NCBI GenBank assembly: GCA_046563655.1
Contig: CM102283.1
Coordinates: 5,332,001 to 5,396,000 of the forward strand
DNA from: Yuukianura sp. NJ FZ-2021
Lineage: Eukaryota
Reading direction: 5' to 3'
DNA length: 64,000 nucleotides
Numbering within the stretch: position 1 is the first letter of the stretch; the number at the start of each line of letters is the position of its first letter. Positions 1-12,600 of this stretch are shown here, in pieces. A program made the position numbers and the translations under genes. The notes under the pieces were generated by a model. It saw only the letters and a program-made list of their open reading frames with translations. It ran no database searches and was not told where the DNA came from.

Positions 1-1944
1 GATTGGTAAATGAAACAGATATGGTGAGATTGCCTTTCGAAAGTACAGGCACTGGAATTGCTACCGCCATATTTTCATGGTGGACTTTGGAGTTGGACAA
101 GGAACGAGAAATAAACATAACACTAAAACCGTACTGGGCTGGTGGATCAGCACACGATGTGCGGTATCATTGGAGCCCAGTCGTATACTATGGACAAGCA
201 GACTTTGAGCTTAAAGAAAACACAAGATATTACTTAGAAGGATTTCGCGGGAAACAGTACTCAGAAGGCAGAATCGACATGTGCTTTCGCATTTCATCAA
301 GCAGCAACATTATACTTCCAAATCCACAACCTTGGGATAACCGTTGCCAATGCGGATTTCATGGAGTATCTACATACCAAGTTCGCAAATGGAATGATCA
401 AAAATTGATGGGGCAGTACGTGCTGGCTTTGAAGTCGATGATTGTACCCGGGCATTCAATACTTTTGTGCTTGAGCGACGCTACAGCAACAATTTTGCAT
501 ATAATAGCGCACTACCTAGGTGCAAAAAAAATTTACGTCAAGCTACGATATAAGACCGATGGTCAGCGAGCTGCTAGATTTGCTGAACTATGTGGTGTAA
601 ACTCGGGGATAGAATTTGTGACTTCGAATCAGATGCAATCGGTTGCGAAAAAGGTAAGTTAAAACTTTCTTCACAACTTCGATTGTCTTTTGTACGTTTT
701 TGATTTCAAAAATACGGGTTGTGTATAAATTAGGAATACGAATAATATATAGATCACAACTTTTTTAAATGTAGATATTATTGTGGCGGTAACACAATGA
801 AGATCAAGTTTACTGCAGTAGTTGTTTGTTGGAAAGGCATCGTGCGATTTAGAGAACAATTTTGCATCGATGCGCAATTAATGTTGAACAAAAGACATTC
901 TCGTTTGTGCATCTTTCCCTTATACTTTAGAGTTTCAGCATTCGTTTCGAGTAAACTGCGTTGAGACTCTGACGATCTGTAATTTATTATCAAGAGTGCT
1001 TAATTGACCGCCATCTGAGGTCGCTGGAAATTTGTTTATATTTTCTACCAAACAATTTGCCAAATGTTCAAATGTGATATATATCAATAACGCCATTTGA
1101 TCTATACACTGTAAGTACAAAATAATTAACAATTTGAAAATTCTCTAGGTGACTGCTGTAATCGGAGATCCCTTTTTTATGAAAGACCAAGAAAGTCCAA
1201 TGTTTAACCCGTTTTCGACACTGTCTCACGTTGATGATCACGAAATATTGTGGTATCATCTTCGCTATTTTCGTTTTCTGCAAGAAATGGGTCTGACCTC
1301 AAACCAAACACGCCTGTCTCCATTTAAAGCCGTAATTCGTGGTGTTCTCATGCGGTTTGAAAAACTTTCCAGAATCAATACTCCTCTCCGCAGTATTCTA
1401 GAAGGAGAATTCACCATAAATGGATTTGCTGACTCGTACATGGTAGACTTATTCCTTCAAAATTTATCTAATTTATCTACAATTTATTCAGCGATTTATT
1501 TATTTATCTCTTGTTCATCTAATAGCAAATGTATTTTTAAATATTTCAACTTAGGACAAAGCGGTGGAAGACCCGAGCGGAGTGGGCTATGAATTTCTAT
1601 GGCAGTTTCCAGGAATAGCTTGTTGTGAATCCTTCGATATTTTAGACATCCATAACGACGGAGTTCTAATGAAAACATCTACTTCAGAGTGCAAGGCAGA
1701 GCGTGAGGAATTGGAGCCGAATGGATTAGCAATTTGGATTGATTGGCATTTGGCAGAAAATGTCATCGCATCATATGGACCTGCAAGTGACATTGTTGTT
1801 GGAAATCCAGTCAAATGGACAAATGTAACTAAACAAGCAGTCAAGTTACATCATTGTGGTTGGAAAGATGCTGTGAAGTTTACAACTGAGTACTCCTTGC
1901 TTGCGGCCACTGTTCGGTTTGAATTCAATAATGAGTTTGAGTAA
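1..1944 (+). CDS. Protein arginine N-methyltransferase 7-like, 3' part; exons <1-653, 1149-1442, 1555-1944
   Basis: GT-AG sites join the three ORFs in frame. PRMT7-like motifs occur in order: WWTLELD..PYWA..RYHW, CQCGFH, ND..YVLALK, VIGDPFF, FLWQFP, NGLAIWIDWHL, W..KQAV. Confidence 0.75.
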
Positions 1945-2001
1945 CAGGAACGTCGGCACAATTGCCTTTCAGTATCATAAGCTTTACATCCGAGCATCAT
2001 T

Positions 2002-2299
2002 TTAAGACACGGGTGCAACTACAGTTCGGAGTGTATGAGACATGATTGGGACTGCTATCTGCTTGTGCCTTTGTGTACAACTAGTTGCCTCTCTCCTGTG
2101 AAGAGAGGGAGCGTCTGCTGCGAATTAGTACAAAAAAAATTTTTTCTGTTCTTATGGGAGTTTTTTTTTGTACCAACACGGCGCTGGGCTCTCCCTCTCT
2201 TCATAGAAGAGAGGCAACTAGTTGTACTCACAGGCACCAGCAGATAGCAGTCCCAATCATGTCTCATGTACTCCGAACTGTAGTTGCACCGTGTTTTAA
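2002..2299. mobile_element. Fold-back MITE, almost wholly palindromic (~135-bp arms), TTAA at both ends
   Basis: CACGGGTGCAACTACAGTTCGGAGT..CATGATTGGGACTGCTATCTGC is mirrored by GCAGATAGCAGTCCCAATCATG..ACTCCGAACTGTAGTTGCACCGTG. The same peptide start (MRHDWDCYLLVP) appears in ORFs on both strands. Confidence 0.85.
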
Positions 2300-2419
2300 G
2301 ACCTAAAAATTTAAGCATGATTTCAGTGACAAAGTAATTATTTGTTTATGTTTAAATAAACGTGTAATAGGGTCGTTTTATGTGTGTGTTAAGGTTATTA
2401 TTTAATGTTCATCTAAATT

Positions 2420-4277
2420 TATTGTAAGGTTTGTTGATTACCTTTTTTAAGAACTTTTGGAGTTATTGGCATAGACAAGAGAAAATTTTCTAACAGTCTG
2501 TGACCAACATACTACTGCTGAGATCACTCCGGGTCGTTTCAATGACTGGAACACTTTGTTATAGAAATCGTACATATGAGTAGCATTTAGTGCCCAATCG
2601 AAAGCATTCAAAGCTATGCTATAGTGATACCACAATTATATTTTCATTATACTTGGCTGCTTTCCAGACTCTGCACGGCGCTAGTTCGGACTCGGGCGAA
2701 AACACCGGCGAAAGTTAAAAAGTTACCTAATATTGAACAAATTAAAATTTATTGTCCAAATATTTACATTCAATTCGTCAATTCAGCCAAGGTCAATTCG
2801 TAAGGCTCAATTTCCTCGTCATTTTAGGCTAAATCACTTTTTAAATACATTCAACAAGTAGCATTGGAAACTAAATGTGGAGATAAAAGAAAACAAAATG
2901 ATGTGAAAATGATTTAAAGTTTTTTACAGAATTAATGACTTAATGTAGGATGTCGTAACCCGTGAAATTCAATTTGTTCTTCTTGGACGCAGACTGACGT
3001 GTTATTCATGGCGTCACAAAAAAAATTTAAAAATTTGATTAATAAAAATAAACATACGTTACAACAAATTCAGATGAACATAACTAGCTTCTACTTAATC
3101 TAGAAATAGAGACTCGACCTTTAATATTTGTGTGTGTGTCTGGCCGGCCACAGGTGGCGAGGCTCAGTCAGCCAACCACACAGAAGTAATCACTATTGCG
3201 AGACTTTTATGGCGGGTTCGTCTATTGCAGGTTAAATTTCAACGAAGTTTAAATGTTTAACCGGAAATTAAAAAAATTAACTGAAGAAAATCAGCCGGTT
3301 AAAGTTAACCTGAGTTTAACCGACGGAGAATTCAAGAATTTTGACACCTTGCATGCCAACAATAATTGATGCATAATGGGTATTGGTGGATAAACATTTT
3401 TTCGGCATTTCATCCAGGAATTGATATCGAGTGAAAGAAATGGAAGTATTGATAATTTGGGCTCGTGTGTACTTTTTCAACTTTTCATTCACTTTTACTC
3501 GGAATTCTACTGCTTTCTCCATGAAATCTTCTGAATTTGACACTGCGTGATGGGTGAGGAGAAGGTTTATTTGACTGCTTATATTTGTTGTTCTACTTAA
3601 AATAGTCAGCCGAAGTTTTACTTTCTCTGAAAAATGTTGCTTGAATTTCGGTGGCGTTTTGAACATTCCACTGTTGCAGATTCTTTATCCTGAGGATTTT
3701 GCCGGCTTCATGTGAAGCCACAAAATTTTTAAGCACAAACTTGTTAATCTAATGTAGCTTTGTTTCTTTCCTCCTTCCAGAATTTGCTTTTTCCAAATGT
3801 GTGGTTTACATTTGGATGAAAGTGAAGAGCATCCATTACGTCTTAAAGTAGGCAGACTGTATTTAGGATGTAATTCGACAAAATCCAGTATTCTCTTTTT
3901 TTTCTTGTAAAAGGATTTCGTTGACCTGACTACATTCATCTTCGGATTCAAAATTTTTATCGACTGTTTCTAAAACATGTTTAAAAACAAAGTTGTAGAA
4001 TCTTTTGAAAAAGCACTTTTGAGAGAAACTTTTGACATTCACTTAACTGACCTGCAGTTATCAAGTGCTCATCTTCTCCGAAAACACAGTCATCAAGTAG
4101 GTGGAGGAAAGTTGTGTACAATTTATGAGCAAAAGCGTCAGAACTTTCACACATCGGGCTTACATTGTGTTCCCCAAACTCGTATTCTACAATTTTGACA
4201 AACTTTTTTGCAATTTCGCTTGGTTTTACGTCAATTTTTGAAAAAAAAAGCTGGAAATTTTTTAAATTGATTTTCAC
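2420..4277 (-). pseudogene. Degraded pogo/Tc5-like (CENP-B HTH, DDE) transposase remnant
   Basis: Collinear broken ORFs 3981-4277, 3685-3951 (KKRILDFVELHPKYSLPTL..HIWKKQI..GG) and 3316-3666 (FK..F..F..KV...IINT), with a C-terminal fragment near 2450-2660. Family assignment is from recalled similarity. Confidence 0.5.
3208..3358. repeat. Dispersed repeat; inverted copy at 16550-16706
   Basis: GCAGGTTAAAT..AACCGG..GAGTTTAACCGACGGAGAATTCAAGAATTTTGACACCTTGCATG is close to the reverse complement of CATGCAAGGTATCAAAATTCTTGTATTCCTCCGCCGGTTAAACTC..AACCTGC. Confidence 0.75.
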
Positions 4278-4856
4278 CAGTGCACTACGGTGTTTTATTT
4301 TATTTTTTGGTTCTCAGGAAATCAAATAAATTTTGTAAACAAACTTATCAGCGCATTTTTACCCAAAAATTGAAGTACAGATTGATTTTTGGCCTCGAAA
4401 AGCCTCACCCTCCAATGACAAACCAAAGGTTGATTGGCGTTCTGGAAGACTTGGTCTTTGATATTTTGAGGTGCAAATCGGCCCATAATGCTTAGTTATT
4501 TCCTAAAGCTTATCCAAAGTATCTCTAAATTTTTGTTTATTTTCTTGGTTGCAATAATCATTATTTGCAAATTTGTGATTTTGCAGAGACAACTGGATGT
4601 TATACCTCGAGATTTAACGTAGTTTCGAAAAAAAATCTGAAACCAAATTACTCATTGTCTTTTGTGTCTATTTGGTCGGTCGTCAATCAAGTCCAAGTCG
4701 TTTTTCGAGTCAGAGTGATGGGTTAAGATAGATGTACACGGTTTCCTTCTTTCGACCGCCTCAGTTGTCAATGGAAACGGTGTGATTAAAGTTTGTTTCA
4801 AAATAGGACCGAACTTTTTTTTTCAGATTCCGACCATAGTGCAGCGAAGGAATCCC

Positions 4857-4935
4857 TTTTTAGTCTTCTGGAGACGCATGTCTAACATGCTGAAGAAGAC
4901 TATTGATACGACTTTGTCTGTCTGTCTGTCCGTTG
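4857..4935 (+). mobile_element. 5' end of a DINE-1/Helentron-associated (HINE)-like element
   Basis: T-run, then the short inverted repeat TAGTCTTCT..AGAAGACTA, then (GTCT)n-GTCCGT. This is the known HINE layout. Confidence 0.45.
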
Positions 4936-5881
4936 GCTTTTTTAGGATCTTTTGCGCTGAAACATAAGCTCCATTTTGTGCGGCGGGTTATGCATGCCTC
5001 AAGTTTTTGCAGATTGCACTCAAAATGTAATATTAACAACGTAGAAATGGGCGACTGCTTCTTAACGCGATGATTCTTAACTCGTCAAAATTTTGTGTTA
5101 GGTCTGCATTAGACTCAAATATTTTTTAAAAACGAAGCTTTGATTTGGACATTTTCTGACAGTATGTTTATTTACGTTGTTAATTTGGGACTAATAAGAG
5201 GGCTCAGATTCCGGTTCAAATTTGTAACACGTAAACAGTGAATGGGAGGGTACAAATTTGCGTTCACAAGAAATTTTTAAGATTTGATTTTAAAGAAACG
5301 ATATTTGACCCCTTCTCTCAACGTTCAATTTTGTGCATGATGCACACAATTGAAGGTTTTTGCAGGTTTGGGAACTACCTTGAGCATTGCCTGACACGAA
5401 ATCGAATCGAAACACGTTTTGTGTTGAAGAATTCGATATAAAAAATATTTTTTCTCATTATTTTGGAGCTGGGACACGGGTTTGACGCCAGGTCGGGGTA
5501 TATTTTTTTTTGGCATTCGCAACTGAAACTACTGCAGAAAATCTTCTATTCACATGTAGAATATGACTGTAATTTTCAAATTCCAAATTTCGAGATCACA
5601 CGAAAAAGCATTTCGGAACTAGGGTAGATTTTATTTCACAACAGTTTAAATTCGCGAAGTAGAAATACTCTGGACTACACTGTCCTCTGAAAATTACGGT
5701 TTGTTGCACATATTAAGAATAGTAGTTGGGTTTAGGTTAATGATTTTTTTGACTAGCAATGTTTGGGTTGATGAGACTTATTCCTGACACCCCACTTGTC
5801 ACAATTATCACAGATATTTTTTCTCGAAAGCCAACACATTTTTCACAATTTTAAAAATTTTGAACAATTAACGTTTCAACT

Positions 5882-6241
5882 TGTAGCGGCCTTGTCCTTT
5901 CCCCCAGTTTCCCCCCATTTCGTCATGCTAGTAGTTAGTCAGTAGTTTGGAGTTTAGCTTTTCGCTTTTCTGCGGACACAGACTGCAATCTGTGTCCAGC
6001 AGTCAGTTCAGTTAGTTTAGTTTTACCTAGTTTCAGTTCATTCTTTGCTTCCGTCGAGTTAGCATTGTTGGCCAAGTTGGTTTTTGTGACGCAAATAAGC
6101 TCCACGTCACATCACAGATTGTTGTTAGTTTCGTTTATTTGTCCTTTGGGTCCTTTCCAGGAGCTTGAGCCTGAGCCTTCAGCCCTTAGTCTGGAGTCTG
6201 ATTGGTGGAGTTTTCGGAGTGTTCGTAGCCGCAGTGCTACA
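5882..6241 (+). mobile_element. Solo LTR (Gypsy-type), 360 bp
   Basis: Ends TGTAGC..GCTACA; 4-bp TSD AACT (5878-5881 and 6242-6245). Its 5' part resembles the LTR at 54188-54362. Confidence 0.75.
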
Positions 6242-6254
6242 AACTACCTATAAC

Positions 6255-6392
6255 GTTTATCTATAATATTATATAAATATTAAATAACAATTAATAACAA
6301 CATTAATAACAATTAATAACAATTAATAAATAACATTTATTAAATAACAATTAAATAAATATTATTTAATATTATATAAATATTAAATAATA
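6255..6392. repeat. AT-rich low-complexity repeat (TAATAACAAT-like units)
   Basis: Seen directly in the sequence. Confidence 0.7.
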
Positions 6393-6632
6393 CATATTCG
6401 ATGAAATTGTTAGGATGGGTTAACTCTTTTTTATTGTTTTAACCATTTTAAACTGCGGTTACAATTTCTAGCATTGAACGATAATAAAAGCTTGAAAGTC
6501 ACCATGCTTGTCACTTTCAAGTATGGTGACGTTCAACGTTTTTCGATAGAATTGTTAGAGTAACCCAGTCAACCTGGTAGCATGGATTTACACCATGCAT
6601 TTACCACGAATGCAATTCGGCGTTGTGCCAGT

Positions 6633-9600
6633 TGTTGAAATTGGGTTTAAGTTATTTTTTGGATATTTTTATATTTTTTGGACTAGTTTCAAAAGGCTAA
6701 ATTTTGTCCATAATTTTTCTATACAACAGGGACTAAGTATAAGCATTTTTGAAAATATGAGGAAAATTCTTCGTAGCGTTTGCCTAGGGAAACTCTTCAA
6801 AGTTTGACTTCCTGAGATAGGTTATATTTGGTCTTATTATGTTATGCTTAGCTTGTGGGAGGATAGGGAGTGACAATAGCGTCTGGCCTTGGGCTGAGTT
6901 GGCTCTTCTGTTTTTTGTTCCCTCTTTTTTCCTCTCTCATATACAGTACGTTATAAGAATTGAGATAGGATACACTTCATGTGTAATAACTTTTAAGTTT
7001 TCTTTGATTTTAATTGCAAGATTTTCATTGATCGCAAAGTGCGAATAAATAATTGGATTTCATTAATTAACCTCCGAGTCAGAAAGTCGAGTATTTTTCA
7101 TAAAGTTATCCAGAGTCTTATTAGAAGGAATATCTACCCGGTGGGTGATATTTCCTATTTGAGTGCTTGGATCCAGATTCAACATTTATGGCGACCACTG
7201 GCTAAATTGGAAACTGAAAGACGTCTGGACTAACTGGAGGAACTTTTCTGACGACGGGAGGAGACAATTGGACACGGATTGGCACCTGGAGAGTCTTAAA
7301 ACTGCTTTAGCGTCGTGGTATGTCCTGAACCGGATCAGGACTAAACAAGGTGACCAATTTCCAATTGATTTTACCAGTATTTGACAAGTACCTAATTGGT
7401 GGATCGTTTGATGACTTTTTTGGATCCTACTGGGAACGACAAACGACTTCACGGGGACTTGGAGCTTTCGATCGAGATTCGAGAACGACTACGATAAAAC
7501 CAACCGTTTACGTAGAGGTTTGTCCTCACCGGACGAGGACTGAGCAAGGTGAGAGTCGCTCCAATTGTTAATTTGAAAGATTGAGGCTAATCGTAGCTCT
7601 TTCTTTACGGTTTCGTGACGGAACTTGGACATTGGAACGATTTCGAACATGGATCGACTGAAGAAGGAACGACGGCTGATACGGACTGCGGTTACCAAAC
7701 TGATCACTGCATTGGAAGTGGAGCTGCAGAAGGAGGAGGTCAGTAGACTTCAAGTGGAAGCATCGTTACCTGTTCTGGAAAATCACTACAAGAAATTGCT
7801 TGAAGTTGATGACGTCATCAAGACTGCACTGCTTGACGACGACAAAGTTACAGACGAGACGTTGGATGCGGAGTCAGATGCTGCACAAGTCTACATTATG
7901 AATGTCAGCCAGATGAAGGTGCGGATCAATTCGTTCTTGTACCCGACTACTCCAAACCAACTTCCAGGAAGCCCGCACACCATTCAAAGTGGGAGGAGCT
8001 CATCCTCATATCATCAGAAGACCCTCAAATATCCGAAAATCGACTTAATCAAATTTGGCGGAGACTTGAAGGAGTGGCTGGGATGGTGGGCTCAATTTCA
8101 GAAAATCGACTCAGATGAAGGACTAGACGACAGTGACAAGTTTACATACTTAATTCAAAGTATGGAGAAGGGCTCAAGAGCAGAAGAACTTGTCAAGGGC
8201 TACCCACAATCTCGCTCTAATTACAAGAAAGCAGTAGAAGCTTTGAAGAACAGATTTGGGAAGCCGAAACTACTTAAGCAAGTCTACGTTCGAGAGTTGA
8301 TCTCCATGATCATGAGCAAGACTCACGAAAAGAAAATGGCTCTTTCGTCACTGGTGGATCGTTTGGTCTCGCATCTTCGATCTTTGGAATCATTGGGAGT
8401 GACGGTGGAGCAGATGGGGGTCTTCTTGTTTCCCATGGTGGAGTCGTGCCTGCCGGAAGATATTCTTTTAGCATGGCAAAGAAGTAACTTTTTTGGGATC
8501 GACGGCTCCAAACAAGACCCACCAAAAGGCGAGTTGGACTTCTTGATGGATTTTCTTCGACAAGAAGTAGATAACGAAGAACAAAGGAAGCTGGCCAGGA
8601 GCGGATTTGAATCGGTTGAAAAAAGAAGTAACCCTAGAAAAAGGAGATCAACTGATGACTCATCAGACGTTCCAACTGCAGCCGGCTTATTCAGTGGCTC
8701 TTCTGCAAAGCTCATTTGCATGTTCTGTGACAAATCACATTTGAGTAAGGACTGCTTTGCTGCACAGAAGATGACCAAAGAAGAACGAAGCGACAAATTG
8801 AAAAAGAAGGGTGCTTGCTTCGTCTGCCTCAAAAGTGGACATGTAGCCAACAAATGCAAAGCCAATGTCAAATGTCCATTGTGCTCAAAACGACATGAGT
8901 TGCTATTTTGCCATTTGAACCCGAAGAACAATCCAAAGAGCGATCAGAAGAAGAAGGATGAAGTCCCAACGACTCAAACCAACCTCAATTGTACAAACGA
9001 AGTTGTACTCAGAACCATGATGGTAAAGTTGGAGAATCCTTCTACTAGAAAACTGAAAACGGTTCGTGTTCTTTTGGATTGCGGCTCACAGAGGAGCTAC
9101 TTGCTCAAGAAAACTGCTCAGGAGTTGGGACTTGTTCCAGTGCAGACAGTTTCAATTCACCATCAACTTTTTGGAGGGTCAGAAGTCAAGAACACGCCAC
9201 ATTACGTCTACAATTTAAAGATCGGCAGTGTCAAGGACTCGTTTGCGATGGCTGTTGAAGTTATGGACCAAGAGAAGATCTGTGGAGACTTGCCTCGTGT
9301 TTCAAAGGGACCATGGATGTCAGAGCTCAAGGAATTGGGGATTTTCGTGAATGATCTAGACGACACGAGATCCAGGGAAATAGAGTTTCTTGTTGGAGCT
9401 GATATTCTGGGGAATCTGCTGACAGGGAACATGAGGAAGCTGAAGAATGGTCTCACATTGACAGAAACAAAATTCGGATGGACAGTCATGGGGGTTACAA
9501 AGGAACCAGCAGAATCTAGCCTGGCCATGACAGTCATCTCCCTCAGCGTCACCAGTGCTACTGTTCAAGACTTGTGGTCATTGGATGTTCTCGGAATCAA

Positions 9601-12600
9601 GGATCCTGTTGAAGTTACGTCGCAGGAAGAACGAGACTCCCAGGCTCTCAAGAATTTTATTGAAACCGTGACGCAGAACGAAGAGGGACGGTACTCAGTT
9701 TCATTACCGTGGATTCCAGGAGGGGTACCTATTCCTCAGAATCGACAAGTCGCAATACAGAGACTGGAATCAACGACAAGAAAGTTGATTTCGCTTGGAC
9801 AACTTGAGCAGTACGGTCGTGTCTTTCAAGCGTGGGAAGAAGAAGGCATTATCTCCAAGGTTGCAACAGAAGATGGAGACGGACTGAGATGTCACTATCT
9901 GCCCCACCGAGCCGTGATCAAGCCGGAAAGCAAGACCACTCCAATCAGACCAGTCTTTGATGCCTCCTGCAAGATTGGACGATCACCATCGCTCAATGGA
10001 TGTCTCGAGAAAGGTCCAAACCTTATTGAACTAATTCCATCCATTTTGCTGCGTTTCAGGTATGGAAAATATGGAGTGACCTCGGACATCCGAAAGGCGT
10101 TTCAAATGATCGAGGTACACGAAGAAGACAGGGACTCCTTAAGATTTTTGTGGTGGGAAGACCCTGAGATGAAGACGATGACTACTTTCAGACATAACAG
10201 AGTCGTATTCGGAATGAATTGTAGTCCATTCCTACTTGGTGCAGTGCTACAATTTCATTTGGACAAGGTGGAGCAACAATTTCCAGAAACATCAGCCCAG
10301 TTGAAGAATTCAATCTACGTGGACAACTGTGTGCATGCTGTGGACACCTTGGAGCAGTACGAAAATTTCAAAACAGAAGCCACTGCAATTTTGAAGACGG
10401 CGGGAATGGACTTGAGACAGTGGGAGAGGAGCGGTGACATAAGTGAAGAAGTGACTTGCGTACTGGGTATGAAATGGAATAAGGTGGAGGATGTGATGTT
10501 AATTGATTCCATTTCAGACCAGCCGCCAGAGAAGATCACTAAGAGACTGATGTTATCTTATGTTCACCAGATTTTTGATCCTCTAGGACTTCTCTCTCCA
10601 GTGGTGTTAGTGCCAAAAATGCTTGTGCAAAAAGCATGGACTGAAAACAGGAAGTGGGATGATCCAGTGTCAGAAGAAGTTGGAAAGGAATTCAGTAATT
10701 GGTTAAACGAACTGATTCCTATTTTTGATCATTTCAGAATTCCAAGGAGATGCACAAGCGCGAAGAAAGAAGACTGTCAGAAGTTTCAATTTCACGTCTT
10801 CTCAGATGCCAGCAAAAATGCGTATGCAGCGGCAGTCTTCCTACGTACAGAAATTGATGGGATCGTGGAGCTACAATTACTTCAAGCCAAATCCAGAGTG
10901 GCTCCCGTTACCAAAGTGACCATTCCGCGTCTAGAGCTACTGGGATGCGCCATAGCAGCAAGACTGACTATGTCAGTGAAGAAGGCGTTAGGAATGGAAG
11001 ACGTTCCAACTTGGTTTTGGACAGACTCTTCAACTGCCCTGTCCTGGATCACGAACAGTGACGACTGGGGAACCTTTGTCGGGAATCGGGTCCGGGAGAT
11101 CTTGTCCTTGACCAAAATTGAAAATTGGAATTTTGTGCCTGGTCATCTGAATCCTGCAGATTTACCTTCTCGCGGAATCTCACCAAAGAAGTTTCTCCAA
11201 TTGAAGTGGTGGGAGGGGCCTGATTGGCTGAAATCGGAGAAGAAGAATTGGCCTTCACAGACATTCTCAATGGATCCTGAACTGGTAAACAGTGAAAGGA
11301 AGAAAGGACTAAGGCATTCTCTTATTTCTTTGACAGAGAGACCATGTTACCTACCGAAGAACTCTCATCACGCAAATGTCCGCATCATGGCCTACGTTTT
11401 TCGATTTGTGGACAAACTGATGAAGAGGGAACGGGAATGGAGTGCGTTGAGTCGCAAAGAAATCGATGAAGCGGAACTGAGACTCTTCAAAATCGTTCAA
11501 ACTGAAGTATTCTCGCCTCAGGATACGGTGATCTGCGGGTTGAGGACCATCAGAGATGAAGAGAACATCATCCGTGTGAAGACGAAGCTGACTAATCGAC
11601 AGGATTCGCCCGGATTCAAGTCACCCGTCTTACTACCTCAGACACATCCACTAGTTGACCTTCTGATTCACGAAGAACATGTTTTGAATTGCCATGGCGG
11701 AGCTCAATTCCTCATGGGGCGACTTCGAGAGAAGGTTTGGATTGTGAAGGGAAGACTGGCTGTCAAGAAAGTACTCCGCGCCTGCGTGACATGCCAGCGA
11801 TTTACTTCTAAGAAGACTGAAGTGTCAACTCCTGCACTACCTGAAGCTAGAGTCAAGGACGTGGGAGCTTTCGACACTACAGGGATTGACCTAGCTGGAC
11901 CGTTGGTGTTGAAGGACAAGAGCAAAGTTTGGATTGTCATCTTTACTTGTGCTATCTACAGATGCGTTCACATCGAGTTGGTGACGGCCATTTCTACAGA
12001 AGAATTTCTCCTAGCGTTTACCAGATTCTGTATGAGGAAGAGACGGCCGACAACAGTGTACACCGACAACGGAACAAACTTCGTTGGAACAGAAAATTTG
12101 TTCAAGACCATCAATTGGAAAGAAGTGGAGCGCAAGACCAAACATCACCGAATCCAGTGGAGGTTCAACCCTCCAGCAGCGCCGTGGTGGGGTGGCTGGT
12201 GGGAGCGACTGATCAGAAGCCTCAAGGACTTGCTGAAGCGGATGTTGGGATTTGCAAAACTCAACTATCAAGACCTGGAGACATGCGTGTGTGAAGCAGA
12301 ATGGGTCATGAATCATCGCCCTCTTACTTTCATAACGGAAGACCAGGATGACCTCATTCCGCTGACTCCAGCCATGTTCGTCTACGATCTTCCAGCAGAC
12401 GGACTACCTGAAATTGCAGTGATGACTGGAACGAGCCTAGAAGGAAAGAGGAAGAACCTCAAGAAGCTACTGGAAGAGCTACAAGATCGTTTCAGAAAAG
12501 AATATTTGGGAATTCTGGTTCAGCGTGGATCTCAGAAGATTTCGCCTGTGCTAGAAGTAGGAGACTTAGTCTTCGTCGGACGTGAAGACGTGAAGAGGAC

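Noticed and set aside
6595-7233. Duplicated small ORFs, repeated at 12949-13617
   Set aside because: They are just the two LTR copies.
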